From Phoronis australis (taxonomy: Eukaryota; Animalia; Phoronida), in NCBI GenBank assembly GCA_002633005.1, contig NMRA01000240.1, positions 364,021 to 428,020 of the forward strand: a stretch of DNA of 64,000 bases. The letters run 5' to 3'. A program made the position numbers and the translations under genes. This document shows positions 37,006-50,000 of this stretch, one piece after another. A model generated the notes under the pieces. The model was not told the origin of the DNA. It worked only from the letters and a program-made list of their open reading frames with translations, and did no database searches. The stretch's first letter is position 1; each line of letters begins with the position of its first letter.

Positions 37006-39169
37006 CTGAAAATTGAGACAAAGGAAAATGTAATGTTTACAACATTTATTTGGGACTTTGGATTAACAAATTTCACTACATTAATTTTTTCATTTCATGA
37101 GACAAAAAATTCCAAGAAATCTAATTGACAAGTAAGTACCAATCATGTAAATGAAAACATCAACTTTAATTAAAAGCCTTCTTGGAGCAAAGTTTTGCTA
37201 TCCTTAGTGTGTCTGATGCTCTTTCATGTAACACTGATGCAGCATCATGAACAAGAACAACGCAGAGCGTTGAAATGCACCCACGAATACAGCGCAAACG
37301 GTGTGCCTTAAAGGGTGTTTATTTGTATCATAAAAATAACCACTAGATGGCACAAAATACTTCGAATCCATCAAAAAAAAACGGGAAAATGTCACCGTTT
37401 CTTTAACAGAAAGCTATTTACCACATTTCATAAAATCTGTTAAGAACTTTAGAGGAACAGGGGAAAACGGAAAAAAATGAAATTGCCACCGTTCTCTTCA
37501 TAGTATGAACATACATGACAATTTCCGCAATCGTCTTTAGAGTGGTTTGGTTGACAGAGGGGCGGACGCCAACAAACAAATTCGAAAATAGTAAAAATGG
37601 CCACTAGATGGCACAAAATGCCTCGAAAACATCAGAAAACGGGAGAATAGCAACAACTCATTAATAGCTGTCTATGTGCTATATTTCATGAAAATAAGTT
37701 GAGGACCTTAGAAGATGAGGGAAACGTAAAAAACTAAAATTGCCACTAGGAGGCACAGTAGTATTCGCATCGGTCCAAAACTCGCCGTCCTCTGTCATCA
37801 ACTCCATAGGAACACACCTGCCAAATTTCAATTAAGATCCTGCAAGGGGTTTAGGAGACACAGCCGCGGACGCCCAGGCAGAGATGACAGCAATATACAT
37901 CCAAATACAAATATGTGGGCCCATAAAACTGGATTTGATGGCTCAACTAACCACCAGTCAAGTAGAAAACAAACTCAACTTTTCGTGTCATCTTTCATCA
38001 CCACAAGATCATGGAACAAACTACAAAGGCAAAGCCAATAGCTGTATTACTGTTGAGGACGAAATGGTCTGCCTTGAACTGATTAGAGTGATGCTGCAAA
38101 AATGTTTGAAGACTGGACCATATTTACAAGCATTTTCATCTGTAGTGAGATTGTCAAAATACTGCCAACCCAAGATGTCTAGCATAAGCATAAATATCTA
38201 TGAGTACAATGTTGGCTTACGTAGGACAGAAGTTACGTCCTTTAGAAAGTAGGCAAACCTTACTATCAGTTATGGTTTGATAAGTTAACTGCATTCAATT
38301 TGTTAGTTTCACAGGTAATTGCTTTGTTAGTGATTTGTCTGTGGAACCTTCTTATCTGCTACGTTTAATGTTTTTCATGATGTTGTTGATATTATCTGTA
38401 GGACCGTAGACATTGGCTGAGATGAAGTCGTTGAAGACGTCTTACAGCATTTGTCCTGTCCTTTGGTCTAAAGGGTCCATACTTTTACAAATTATTTTGG
38501 TTGTTCTTGGGTGTTTTAAATTTAATCAGGTTTTTTCACTTTGGTAATCTTGCTGCGGTTCCAACCTCTTGCAGACAACACATTTCTGTTAATACAGTAG
38601 GTTTGTTTTTTGCTATTTGATTTTCCAGTGACTTAACTCCAATTGTCTGTTTTAAAGTCAATTTTATCTTGAATATCTACCATTGCTTTTTCTCTTGAAA
38701 GAGGTGTTGAATACATGCCTTCTAATGTTTGAATATGAAATAGAAGCATGTAGCATATAATTTGTGGTTTATACCAACCTGTCAATGACTTGGTCACATG
38801 ATCGTATTTATTCATAAAACAGAAGATTTGTACTGTGGTAGCAATGGTTTTTTAAAACTATTTTGTAACCCTGCGTTCAGTATTGCTTGGACCTACACTA
38901 GCACCTCGTTAAAATGTAGCCAAAGTCACGTGTCCTCATTTAAAATACAAGGCAATATCTCACATACTCTCGCGAAGCTTTGATTTTTAGCGACGTCCTA
39001 TGTTACTGAACAGGAGGCTGGGTGACCTAGTTTGATATCACTGTTTCAGAGAAGTAAATAGAAGAAGATCCATTTTTAACAGATAACTATTTTAGATAGA
39101 ACAAGGAATGTGTAGTTTTAAGGTTTCATATCATTAAGTTGCAGTCAGTCTGCAGTACAGTGTACTTAC

Positions 39170-39252
39170 CTTTAGTACGTACAGCAGCAGTCACACCAGG
39201 AACTAACAGCATGCTGCAGTCTTTACAGATGCTGCGTTTCATTTGCGGTTCC
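39170..39252 (-). CDS. RPP21: Ribonuclease P protein subunit p21, coding exon 3
   Basis: 83 bp, CCTTAG / GTAAGT. Reads EPQMKRSICKDCSMLLVPGVTAAVRTK, the conserved KRxxCxxC..L.PG motif. Confidence 0.94.
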
Positions 39253-41199
39253 CTAAGGTAATACAATAACTTTTTAGATTCTCCAACTACTCCTTTTCTC
39301 ATTATCAAAAAGCCCACGTTTCGTGAACACCTTGATCACTTAGACTACACCAACTGCACTGTTTTCAGCAATCCTCGCTTTTCAACTGGATTTTTCATGT
39401 TACTCTAGAGGCATTGAAACACACAAAAATGTACTATAAAACACAAAGCAACAAGAGCAATCCAAAGGGTTTCAGAACAGCACCAACTAACCTTTTCCTT
39501 GGTCGTATTTGTCAAATTTTATATCCTTCATCAAACTTGGTACAGCACATGTCACGCAATAGTGAGTCTACTGGTATTGCTCTTCTGGCTCCAACTCATG
39601 CTGCCATCTATTGGCTGCCAGCCAGACATTTACAGACTCCGTTTTAGTGTGGTCAGACGTTCTTAACTTGACAGTGTTCTCATTTTGAAAACACAACTTT
39701 TTATTTGCATTTTTAAAAATTTCTCGCAGGAATTAAAATGCACCTCAGCATGTGCTTACGATTTGCAACTTGCCGTTTTTCAAATCCAGATGGTAATCTG
39801 AGGCAAAGATCAATGGAACTACTTGAGCACAAAGTACTAGTCCACTGTTGAAAGTTCATCTACAAATCTCTTAAAAACCAACTCATGAAATCGTGACTGG
39901 CAACTGAGAACATGCCTGTAATCTGATTACGTCAACACTTGGCAACTGAATTTCCTACCTCAGTGACTATGTCAGTGGGGATCGAGTTAACAAATCATAG
40001 CAGACCATTGCTATTCTACTCGAATTGGTTGCTGACTCGTAGCTGGCTGGTAAGACAAAAACTGAGGATCTGTGCTGCATAATCACCATAGTTAAATTTT
40101 GTAACAATTCTTCAAAGCATTCAGTAGACAGGAAGGTGGATGCCAAAAGCAGACACCAAAATACTAAAATTGCCACCAGGGTGCACAGAACATGGCGGAT
40201 GTGAGAAAAAGGACAGCTGCTGTACACATAGACTTTTTGTAAATTCGCAGGTCACCCACTATTTGTGCCAAAAATTCACTTTGTCTGAAACATATTTTTA
40301 GCGTGTTCAGACAACAATATTGACATGCTGTGCAAGTCGGACATTCAGTCACAAAAATGAGTTGCTCACATTCCAGCATCCAACCTTAATGGTTAAATTT
40401 CACAATTTTGAATGAAATTAATTGCCAAAATTCTTCTTTGTCATTTTTACAATGCTCCAAACAATGTTGTGAATACCTGAAAGTTTTCTAAATATTGTCA
40501 GGCACTAAACATGGTAATGAACATGTGAAAAGTAGTCACTCATTATTTAAGAAAAAGTGAGAAAATAAAATTGCACTTGTCTGCCACAACGAGTGCCAGT
40601 TTAGATTTTATTTTGCATGTATAATGTACAAGTTTTAATCAGTGGTATATTTTGAGACAGGTGATCATGCCATTAAAATGCATTTGCATATCACAAATTG
40701 AGAAAACACATTTAGTACAAACATTGTACATTTTATAAACTTTTTATCCCATATGCCACCAGATTCTTCAGAGAAGTTGGCATACAGATTGCTCCATGTG
40801 TACTTATGTTGACTATCACCAAAAATCACTTAACAGCCAAGGCTAAAAATACAAAGTATCTGAGAACACACATGCTTCTAGTTCCTGAAATAATTTCAGA
40901 TTACTGATTTCTAGATTGTTACATGTACATGGCTAAATCTTGATTTTGTGAATTGAGAGAATGATACCAAATTCCTTTCTTACATCGCTTAAAATTACCA
41001 ACTTCGTATCAAAAGCAGAAAACACAACCGCACCAGTTGACCACCTGTCAAATTAGAACACTCGCAAATATCATCAGATGATACTTACGTTAATTAGCTG
41101 ATCACAAAGTAGAAGCATTTATTAGTTGAAACATACAGTGTAAAATTGAGACAACTAATCCCAGCACTGGTCATTCTCTTTTGTGTTTAGTGTCGTCTG

Positions 41200-41545
41200 A
41201 TATTGCTGCTCGTTTTCCCAAGGCATAATAAAGCATGTTGAAGTTTTACGTTTGTGGCGGTTATGACAACTTAGTATAAATTGTCCACGTTGTAGATCGT
41301 TTCACGTTCACGCAGAACATAGGACAAGCGCAGATATGGCACAAGAAACTTGTGTGTTGGTAGACATGACACACTCATGCCCATTGAGCTAAGAAACTTT
41401 CAACTGAAGTCGCTTTCTTCTATTTTCTAATTTTTGGGATGTTGAATTCATAATTGAAATGTGCAGTGCAATTTAAAGGACATTTTTAATGATGCTGTAA
41501 ATGTAGTCAAAACAAGGTAAATAGGGGTTTTATGCACTTTCAGTC
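41200..41545. repeat. Second copy of the old dispersed repeat at 1869-2235 (RPP21 intron 2)
   Basis: Shares the colinear blocks listed for 1869-2235. Confidence 0.6.
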
Positions 41546-41610
41546 GTGATTACTTTCCATGAAATAGACATTTGATGATACCAAGCAAAGTCCACACAAC
41601 TGATACTTAC

Positions 41611-41711
41611 AGTTTAACAACATTCTTCTGAGCAATGTAACGCAGTGTTTTGACATAATGTTGAATAAGAACAGTGTTTGATGGAGCCTCTCGCAGTGTC
41701 GTGTGAGCTGC
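41611..41711 (-). CDS. RPP21: Ribonuclease P protein subunit p21, coding exon 2
   Basis: 101 bp, ATTTAG / GTAAGT. Reads AAHTTLREAPSNTVLIQHYVKTLRYIAQKNVVK(L). Confidence 0.92.
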
Positions 41712-42598
41712 CTAAATTACAAAATAAAACAATATTAAGAAGACAGAATATATCTGCTGAGCTTTCACATATGATTTTTTTCAACAATTAGTCAACAGAT
41801 CTGCCTTCTGATCATGCAGAAAGTATGCAAACATGTAAAATTGCGTATAGGCACTACTCATTAGTTAAGTTTCTCATCTCGCCAAACAGCAAATGAAAGC
41901 ATTCCGGAGAGCAACAGCCAATGATAAGTGGTTTTGAATGATCAACAATGAAAATGAAGATCATGAATGGTGATGGAATTTGATGATGAAAAGTGATGAC
42001 AAAAATGACATGCTACAGCTTTCTACCATCGATCACCCAATTTTTTCACAACACAGAATAAATATTAATGAATCAACCTTCAATAACCTGCAATAGTGCC
42101 AAGGGGGCTGCTGTCACCAGTCACCTTTATTGCAACAATTTGGAGAAGAATGGAGTATATCATGCCACTGAAGTGAACTCTGCCTCTGGCCTGTACCTGA
42201 ATTGGTCGCTGCGCTCTCGTGTTAGCAAAATCGCCAAAGGTACCCCTGCGATGAGCATGAAAAATGTTGAAACGTGACAGGTCAACACTGACGTGGCGTC
42301 ACTTGTAATAACTGACAGAGTTCTAATTTGACAAAGTGGAAACGAAATCTGCTGTTTTGAGCCATTGGTCAAATCAACAAACGCTTTATAACAAATTGTA
42401 CTGTAATAAAGGGGCTTATAGCGACACGATTTTCATGGTTTAATCAGTGGGAGGCGTAATTCGCCGAAAAGCTTCCACCGTCTGTATTGGGGCCAGTTGA
42501 GATGGTATACTTCAGTGTCTTCAGTCCACAGCGCAGGTCACCAACTCGAGTCCTTTGGTTTTGTTAGAAACCGAGAATTAACCAACAATCATATTCAC

Positions 42599-42646
42599 CT
42601 GATAAAGGAAATTAATACGCGTTAAAGCTGGGCCTCTGTTGCTCAT
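42599..42646 (-). CDS. RPP21: Ribonuclease P protein subunit p21, coding exon 1
   Basis: AAAATG start. Reads MSNRGPALTRINFLYQ then GTGAAT, giving the RxNFLYQ-AA signature. The four exons join to 366 nt (121 aa plus stop) with no frame break. Confidence 0.92.
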
Positions 42647-42689
42647 TTTAGAGTAGCTTTGTCATAAAACCGACCAAGGAGGTGAACAG

Positions 42690-43090
42690 CACATGCTTGA
42701 CACTTCAACTTCTTGTGTTTAATATCAGCGCCATATTGACGTTAGCGATCCTGGCGAGAAGAAAAAATTCATGTTCCGTTCGAGCGGGGAGCCTGTCGGC
42801 TGTGGGTCCGGGAGCCCAATATGATCTGAGCAATGATTGCTCTGACGATAGAAGTTTCAGTTTTGTTTTGGCAGCCATTTGGGTTATTGGTTACAGTAAT
42901 CTTAGCAAATGAGTGTGGTGGTAACAATAACTGCACCGCGTCTTTATTCTACATGATGATAGTAAATATATCGCTGGACCGGGAGTATTTGACCGTCTAA
43001 TTGCCAAAACTGCCGGTGTCACGTAAAATTCTTCTCCGTGAAATTTCATCAGTGAGGATCCGCCCGGCGCGGCTGGCCAATAGCACTGTA
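42690..43090. promoter_or_regulatory. CpG-retaining putative promoter of RPP21, possibly bidirectional
   Basis: Locally CpG-rich. YY1-like CGCCATATTG (~42730), CCAAT/ATTGG boxes (~42816, ~42886, ~43077) and GC-box-like CCGCCC (~43060). Motif evidence only. Confidence 0.5.
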
Positions 43091-44589
43091 CATATTAGCC
43101 CAAGTTAAACCTACATCTAAGTTCACTGACGGCAAAGCATCAATTTGCTTACAAGATTATTGTCAAGAAATTACCTATGTAGTAGTTCCGTTTGAATATT
43201 GATAGGCCTAGTGTTTAATATCTTTGAGCTATTTCCTATATATAATTTTTTTTTTATTTTCAGCTAAGGCTGTGACGTTATAGACACTTAACGAGGAAAG
43301 TTCAATTTAGTTTTAATGAAAACGTATACAAAAGTAAGTAAGTTTGCTTCGCTTAGAGCGACCAAGTGATCGACTAAAGTATATTTGACAATTGACGAAA
43401 AATAATTTCAGTTGTAACCCAGGAGTATATTTGCTGCAACAAAAATGAGCTTGAGCCAACGAAAAGTGTGATGATAAAATTGACTTACCGGTGTTAAGGG
43501 AGTGACTGTTGGGCGAGAGGAAACAAAAAAATTACCTAATCGTTCACGAACTTTAATTAACCTGTCAGAAATAGATAGATAGATGGATAGTTATTTATTT
43601 AGTCTTTCATAATACAAATAGTCATGCTAAGCGCAATTTAAAGTAACAAGAGTCGGAATTGTATCAGTCGAAAGTTAACAACTAAACTAAGATTTTACTA
43701 AGACTATATATATATGATAGCAGGAAGAGATAACCAGGAAGGGACAACTGTTTTAGCGCATTTTAACGTATTTTCAAAGGTGATTTCAAAAGTAAATGTT
43801 AAAGTAGTCTGGAATCCAAGCATTGTGTTTGAAAGCTTAACTCTTTAGCTATAAAATGACACCACTTTTGTCCCCAAAGACTTCATATTAATGGCACTGG
43901 AATGCTTTGAACATGACTTGTTTTACCCTTCCAAAAGATGCCTCTTCCCAGGCNGAATTGTATCAGTCGAAAGTTAACAACTAAACTAAGATTTTACTAA
44001 GACTATATATATATGATAGTCATTGATTACTTTAGAAATAACAAAACAAGGCAAGGAGACTTTCAAAAGGCTAAGGAGCCGCTTGCATGGAAGCCACCTA
44101 TATCTACACATGTTGTTAGATAAAAAATAAACTAAGTATTGTTTCAACAATTTATCTCACTACACGAGCGAAACGAGTTGAGTACATGTATCAACAAAAT
44201 GATAAAAAATCTATGTAAAATGTATACATGTACATGGGACAAATATCAAAGGATTGCAATATAAATTACCGATGAAATAATGGGAGAAACTAAAATAAGG
44301 TAGAGATTAAGAATGTTATAACCTAAACTTTAACATGGTCTGCACAGCAAAGGAAAACATGAATGAAGACGTTATGCATTATATTATATTATATTATATT
44401 ATAAGAAAAAACACATTACAAAGAAAAAAATAAACAATAAAAAATGGCTAGGCAGGCATAACTATACGGCGATTGAAATTCATTATACAGCGCAGATAAA
44501 CAAAAATCAGGAGTGATAGGTAAGACACATCTCTCTAATACTTTTATAAATTTTAAAACTTTGGCGATGCTGAGATGCGCAGTTTCATA

Positions 44590-45180
44590 TTGAAATTTTT
44601 TTCTGAATAGTTTTGTAACAGGTGAGTTTTTGCTGCTGAGAAGAAGACGTGAATGGAGTTAGTAAATATCTTTTCAATTATGTTTTGTGGAATAATTTTA
44701 CAATTAATAAGTTCTGGAAGAAAGTTGCAGAGGCTCTTGGCTTGAGTGAGTGGCATTGGTAATAAGGGATTGAGCGGTGGAAGTGTGCCACAAATATCGG
44801 CGTACCTTGAGCGGACATTTCTTTGTCGTTTAGATAAATCAAGATTGATATCATCATGAAAATCTGAAAAAATGGGGACAAAAGTTTATTACAAGACTTA
44901 TAGAAAAATTTTAGACAGGAAATATAAAAAAATTTCGTTTAGGGAACAGAAGATTCCGTGACCGAAATAACGGGTCAGTATGAGCTAAGAAGTACGATGT
45001 TCGACTGAACAGCACGTTTTTTTAATACGTGTAGTCGACGGCAGTTGTGGAAACCCCAGCCTAGCATAAGTAAAGTGTGGTAAAATGAGAGCTTAATAAA
45101 TCCAGTCAAAAGAAGAACATTTTGAGGAAACTTTCCTTTTAACTTGTACAGTACACCACGTTTAGCAGTCTTTTAGTTGC
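44590..45180 (-). pseudogene. 3' end of a decayed LINE (CR1/L2-like) ORF2
   Basis: Minus strand with frameshifts: GVLYKLKGKFPQNVLL...ALILPHFTYA..GW...LHVLKKRAV...AHTDPLFRS..CLKFFYK, typical of the post-RT LINE C-terminus. Confidence 0.65.
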
Positions 45181-45598
45181 CTCTTGTGTATGTTTGTTCC
45201 AAGATAAGTGTCTAACTAGATGAAATGTTTCATAGCATCTCTGTATTTTTATGACAAAATTCGTAGCATTTCCTTAAATCTTGATCAAGGTAAACATATA
45301 GTTCTAAGACAAAGTAAAGGATATGATAGTCAATAGACCCTGGGGAATAACCCATTATTAATACAGTTTTATGGTTCAGTGCACAAATCTGCAACAGCCA
45401 GGCTATTGTTTGTAAGTTGTTTACTCAGCTCCTTGGTGACTAGGCCAAAGTTGACGAACTCTGACGTCACATATGGATTGTGGGTAAAATCGACACGATA
45501 CACTTGCGAGTGATGTTGCGGTTGTAAACAGTGTTCAAGAAGTTTTACTGTCGAAAAGTCAACACGAAGTGGATTCGGAACGTGAATCTAGACACAGA

Positions 45599-45876
45599 AT
45601 GGAGGTTGCTGAACAGCCTCACACAAAGTGGGTGCTGGTTGCTCTCAATGGAGACCCCCATTGTAAACCAAAGAAAAAGGTAGTCAACTTAAAGAAGAAC
45701 AACCATGATGTCTATGCGTCTTTCCTCGATGAAATTACAGGGACACTGAAGCCAAAGTTCGGATATGTTCGTCGTGTGTGTACTCCTGAACACGGGAGCA
45801 GGATAACAGACTTTTCCAGTTTATCTGATGGACAGATTGTTGTGGCATGTGGGCCTGAAAGGTTCAGACGAATCGA
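45599..45876 (+). CDS. DCDC2: Doublecortin domain-containing protein 2-like, coding exon 1 (first DCX domain)
   Basis: MEVAEQPHTKWVLVALNGDPHCKPKKKVV...FLDEITGTLKPKFGYVRRVCTPEHGSRI...VACGPERFRRI, donor GA/GTAAG. Parallels DCDC2 NGDP...PFGAVRNIYTP..G.RI...AGG.E.F. Confidence 0.93.
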
Positions 45877-46627
45877 GTAAGATAACGACTATTTTTCTGT
45901 GTCGAGGTGCTTGTATTTTAATGTGGCGATGGTTTTTCCTCATTACGTATTGCAAATTTTGATTGGTGTTGATGCTACGAGCTCCTTGATTAATCTCTAA
46001 TCATACACAAAAAGACTATTAGTTGAAACAGAAATTGCAGCGTGTTCTTATCTAATGATTACTTATTTCTTAAGAAAGGTGCATTATTGTTACTGAAACG
46101 AAAGTAATCTAACTCTCAGTTTTGTAACATTTTTTCTTTAAGTTGACCATTTTATTCAGTCAAAAATTTCACTTGGCGTTCTTCAAGGTATTTCATTCTT
46201 GACTTTGACTTTGTCCTGCTGTGCTGAATTACACTCGCCTTGGTTTGTGTAAACAATGATGTTTTCTACAAATATTGATATTAGCTTGTGTAAACTTACT
46301 TTGTCGTATCTAGTCTTCTGATTGTGGAGTATTCATGTAACTATATTTTTCATCCACACTAGATAACTAAAGATTCCATAAGTGGCTAGTTCTGTAGCTG
46401 AACTCACATACATTAAAAAGGACCTAAAGAAGTGAAGTGTACTGGGAGAAAATTAGCATGTGTGGGATGCCTTATTCATTCTAGCCTAATGGCCATTTCA
46501 CAAAAACCTACTTTTAATTTAGACTACCTAGGCTACCATTTTGAAATTGGTTTCGAATTGTACCTTAGTCAAAATAGATGTGATTTCTGGTCGTGGAAAG
46601 AACTGACAGTTGGTTATTCCTTAACAT

Positions 46628-46764
46628 TACTTGTAATAGGATGTCACTTTACTTGTAACACCGTGTCACTGTTACTTGTAATAGGGTGTCACTGTTACTT
46701 GTAATAGGGTTTCACTTTATTTGTAATAGGTTGTCACTTTACTTGTAATAGGGTGTCACTTTAT
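46628..46764. repeat. ~22-bp minisatellite, ~6 copies
   Basis: Variants of the unit TTACTTGTAATAGGGTGTCACT. Confidence 0.88.
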
Positions 46765-47022
46765 TCATCAAGCATGGTCTCGAATAATAGTGAGTGATCA
46801 GTTCTTGGCAAGACGAAAAGTCACTCTTTATCTGATTAATAAACAAGTTGAGACCAAAAAGCGGCGAGTGGTCAAAATGAAAAGTTAGTTTTTAACAGAA
46901 GAGAGGTTTATAACATCTCTAATTTCAATTTCAAGTCAGTTCCCATGTTATTTCTAAGTTGCATTCGCCTTACTGGAAATTAGAGTGCTTGAGTCTTATT
47001 CAAATGTTGTTTTATGTTGTAG

Positions 47023-47077
47023 TTATGCTAACATTGGAGATGGATTTTATCACCCAAAGGTTACAGTCAGAAAAGTT
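47023..47077 (+). CDS. DCDC2: DCDC2-like coding exon 2
   Basis: 55 bp, TTGTAG / GTAAGT, phase 2-0. Reads (D)YANIGDGFYHPKVTVRKV; compare YLDIG in DCDC2. Confidence 0.86.
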
Positions 47078-50000
47078 GTAAGTATGTGTACTTGTTGAGG
47101 TTCTGAATTTAAATTTAACATCTCACTACAACAACATGGGGGACACTTGAATTTAAAGGACCAATTTCTAGACCAAATATCATTTATAATGTCATAACTA
47201 CTGAGACGTAACTAGTGGAGCACAGGTATCATTTTTTAAATTTTGATGCTCATTGTATGATAAAGTTTGTTCAAATACTGATCATTTCTGACAACCATAT
47301 CATATATATAGTATTTAGATATGCATGAATCTCGTGGAATCTGTTGAAAAAATGTCTATGCAGCATTACTCTCAGTTGCACAATCTAGCTGGATGATAAA
47401 TAATGTAATTCCTATTGATTTCCTATTGATTCAGTGCTAATCCTAGCTGAAACCCTGTGAGGATTTTCTTTTGTTTTTGACAGAATTTGCAGGCGATATG
47501 CACCTTCCATGAAAAGCTCCTTCCTCTTAGAACTTAAACTGTTAACGTGACAAAAACTGAACTTGAATGATGCGTTTTACTCTCTAAAATCAGCAGGCCT
47601 GACTCTTAATATTCCTTACCAAGATAGGAGTGTATTTCCTTCATCAACAAGAACAACGAAGCCATCATCAACTCAATGAAATCCTTCAGAGTTTCTTGGA
47701 GTACGTCAACCCGAAATGGCACATACATGCATTGCCTATTGAGTTATAATCTCATTCAGCAACAATTTTAGATTGGTTGTGATTGGTATTGTTTTAAATC
47801 TCAAGACTTCAGTTATTCCGACAGCTAAATGTACAAAATTCAATTGACAGTTTTGTACTATATAATTGTTATTTACTAAATGAAATCTGTTCAGTTATTC
47901 TCAGTAGTTCAACACAAAACCTAAGACCTCTCTATCTGCACAGAAGTATCATGAAGCCCATCTGTATAATTACTGGCAAACAGTACCTCTTTGGAGAACA
48001 ATTAAAGCTTTCAATGAACCCTTGGCTCGAAAGTTTATCCAAAAAAGCACTATTCTGTAGAGCAATAAAAAGATCACTCTCCTGAGTGACACATCCTTGA
48101 TGAATCAACTTTTGAATGACAACATAAACACCCTGACATCCAAAGAGTTAAAACACATTATTCTGTTCAACATGGGCAACATAAGGCCCTTTCTCATTAA
48201 TTTAACTCAGGTATGAGCAGAGCATCGATGTAAACTGCGAAGTAAATGGTACATGATATGCTGTCGTCATTGAAGTAATCTCAAGGTAGCACTGGTGCAT
48301 CCCTGCACGCTAAGATTTTTTTATGTGACAATTTGAGAACATTTACGTGTGCTAATTGACATAAAACTTATTTCGAATTGGATTGATGATTACTTGAGCA
48401 AAAGATAAGCAACCATTAGTGACAGAGTTGACCATTATATGGCAGTGCAGCGTCAAGGCTCTGTTGTTAAATCCACCTGTTTACTGCAAATTTAATTGGT
48501 GCTGTTAGTTCAATCTACTACCAAGGTTAACTGTTCATACTAAACCCAACTACCCAAAACATCAATGCTTTGACATTAGTGTGAAAGGCCTGTGAACATA
48601 GATGATTATGATTGTGACTGTTTGTTGGGAAAGAATGTCAGTGGCTGTGCTGTTTCTGTAGATGGTCAGTTTGTGAACAAGGTAACTAGAGAAGAATATT
48701 GATTATCCATGCACGCCTTTGTCTTATACAGTCAATTTCCCTTCTTGTGTGATTAATTGTTAAGAAACTACTTGGCAACAGTGTGCTTATGCCCTTAATG
48801 CATGTCAGGTATTGCACTGAACTAAACATTAATGAAATTAATTCACTTAGTTCTGTTTGTTTGATTTATTAATAATCTTGAAAGCAAAAAGGTTATTTTG
48901 GAAACAACATTAGGTTTGCTCACCACTGCAGAACAAATTACAACGTCTAATAGTTGTCCTCTTGCTATGTGTTGGTACTTTAATACTAAAGATTTAGTTG
49001 GTAATAAAGTTAAATAGAAAGTCATGCCCAGAAATCTAGCCATTTACGTACCATAGTCCCACAACTTATGGTTTTCATAAAGCAATTTTGGTTCACTTCT
49101 TCCTTAAATATTCCTTATTACGGATTATTATCCAGATGATGGGACCCACACAACATGGGCACCTGTTATTCAAAGTGTTTTTTGAAATGTCTTCAGACTA
49201 ACCTGTTCTGTAAAGGAAGACTTATTTTTGAACTTACATTATTATTTTTACCCAGTCAGGTGTGGCTGTTCACATTGTTACTATGGCAGTCAAACAATTT
49301 ATTGAAAGTATTAATGCCACTTTCTGATGAATGCAAACCTTTCATAAATACTCAGTGCAACTGTTTCTTCTTTTCTAAGGAATTCTTTGCCTACAGTATA
49401 TAGCATGTTTAAACCACCAATGCTGCATTGTTTAGCTGGTCAAATGCCTTTTACATGTCTACAAAGAATAGTTAATGTACCATATTTTGATGTATAATAG
49501 CAGGCCTGATCCATTTACAAGATTTTGGCTTATACTCCTTCTTGTTGTTTAGAGTTCTAGGATTTGTAGGCATCACTTTCATGGGATATATTTGTCTTTT
49601 CCCTTGGTTTGAATTGTTGTTTAAAACCTCACACACATATGATTCAATAATTATGCCATTAAACCTTGATCACTTGGCAGCTAAACCAGATTGTTTAGTA
49701 AGAATTTAGTCCCAATGGGATACCCACTGTGTTTAAATGTTTTCGTTCCACACTCCACCCTTTTCTAGACAGTTGATGGTGTCAGGATAGTCTAATGATG
49801 ATCAGGAATGAATCTGTGTATGAAACAGTTCACCTCAGTAATGCTGATAACATAGAATTCTGATATCATTAGTATATGGGTGACCTATGTATGTTGAAAT
49901 CAAGTCCTCTTGAAAGGTCAGTTTTAGCTGTAAACCATTGTAAATACCCAAGTCCCACAAGTTTTCAGTGTTACCACCAGAAACTACACAATCAAAGATT

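Noticed and set aside
37340-37880. Three CCACTAG(A/G)(T/A)GGCAC motifs as CTCF sites
   Set aside because: They sit in tandem subunits of a degenerate dispersed repeat (related piece near 36330-36395), and motif similarity alone does not show function.
37900-40400. Possible LINE or transposase fragments in RPP21 introns (e.g. ANVYGPTD near 38410) and at 47500-48500
   Set aside because: Too eroded to assign family or boundaries by eye; left unannotated.
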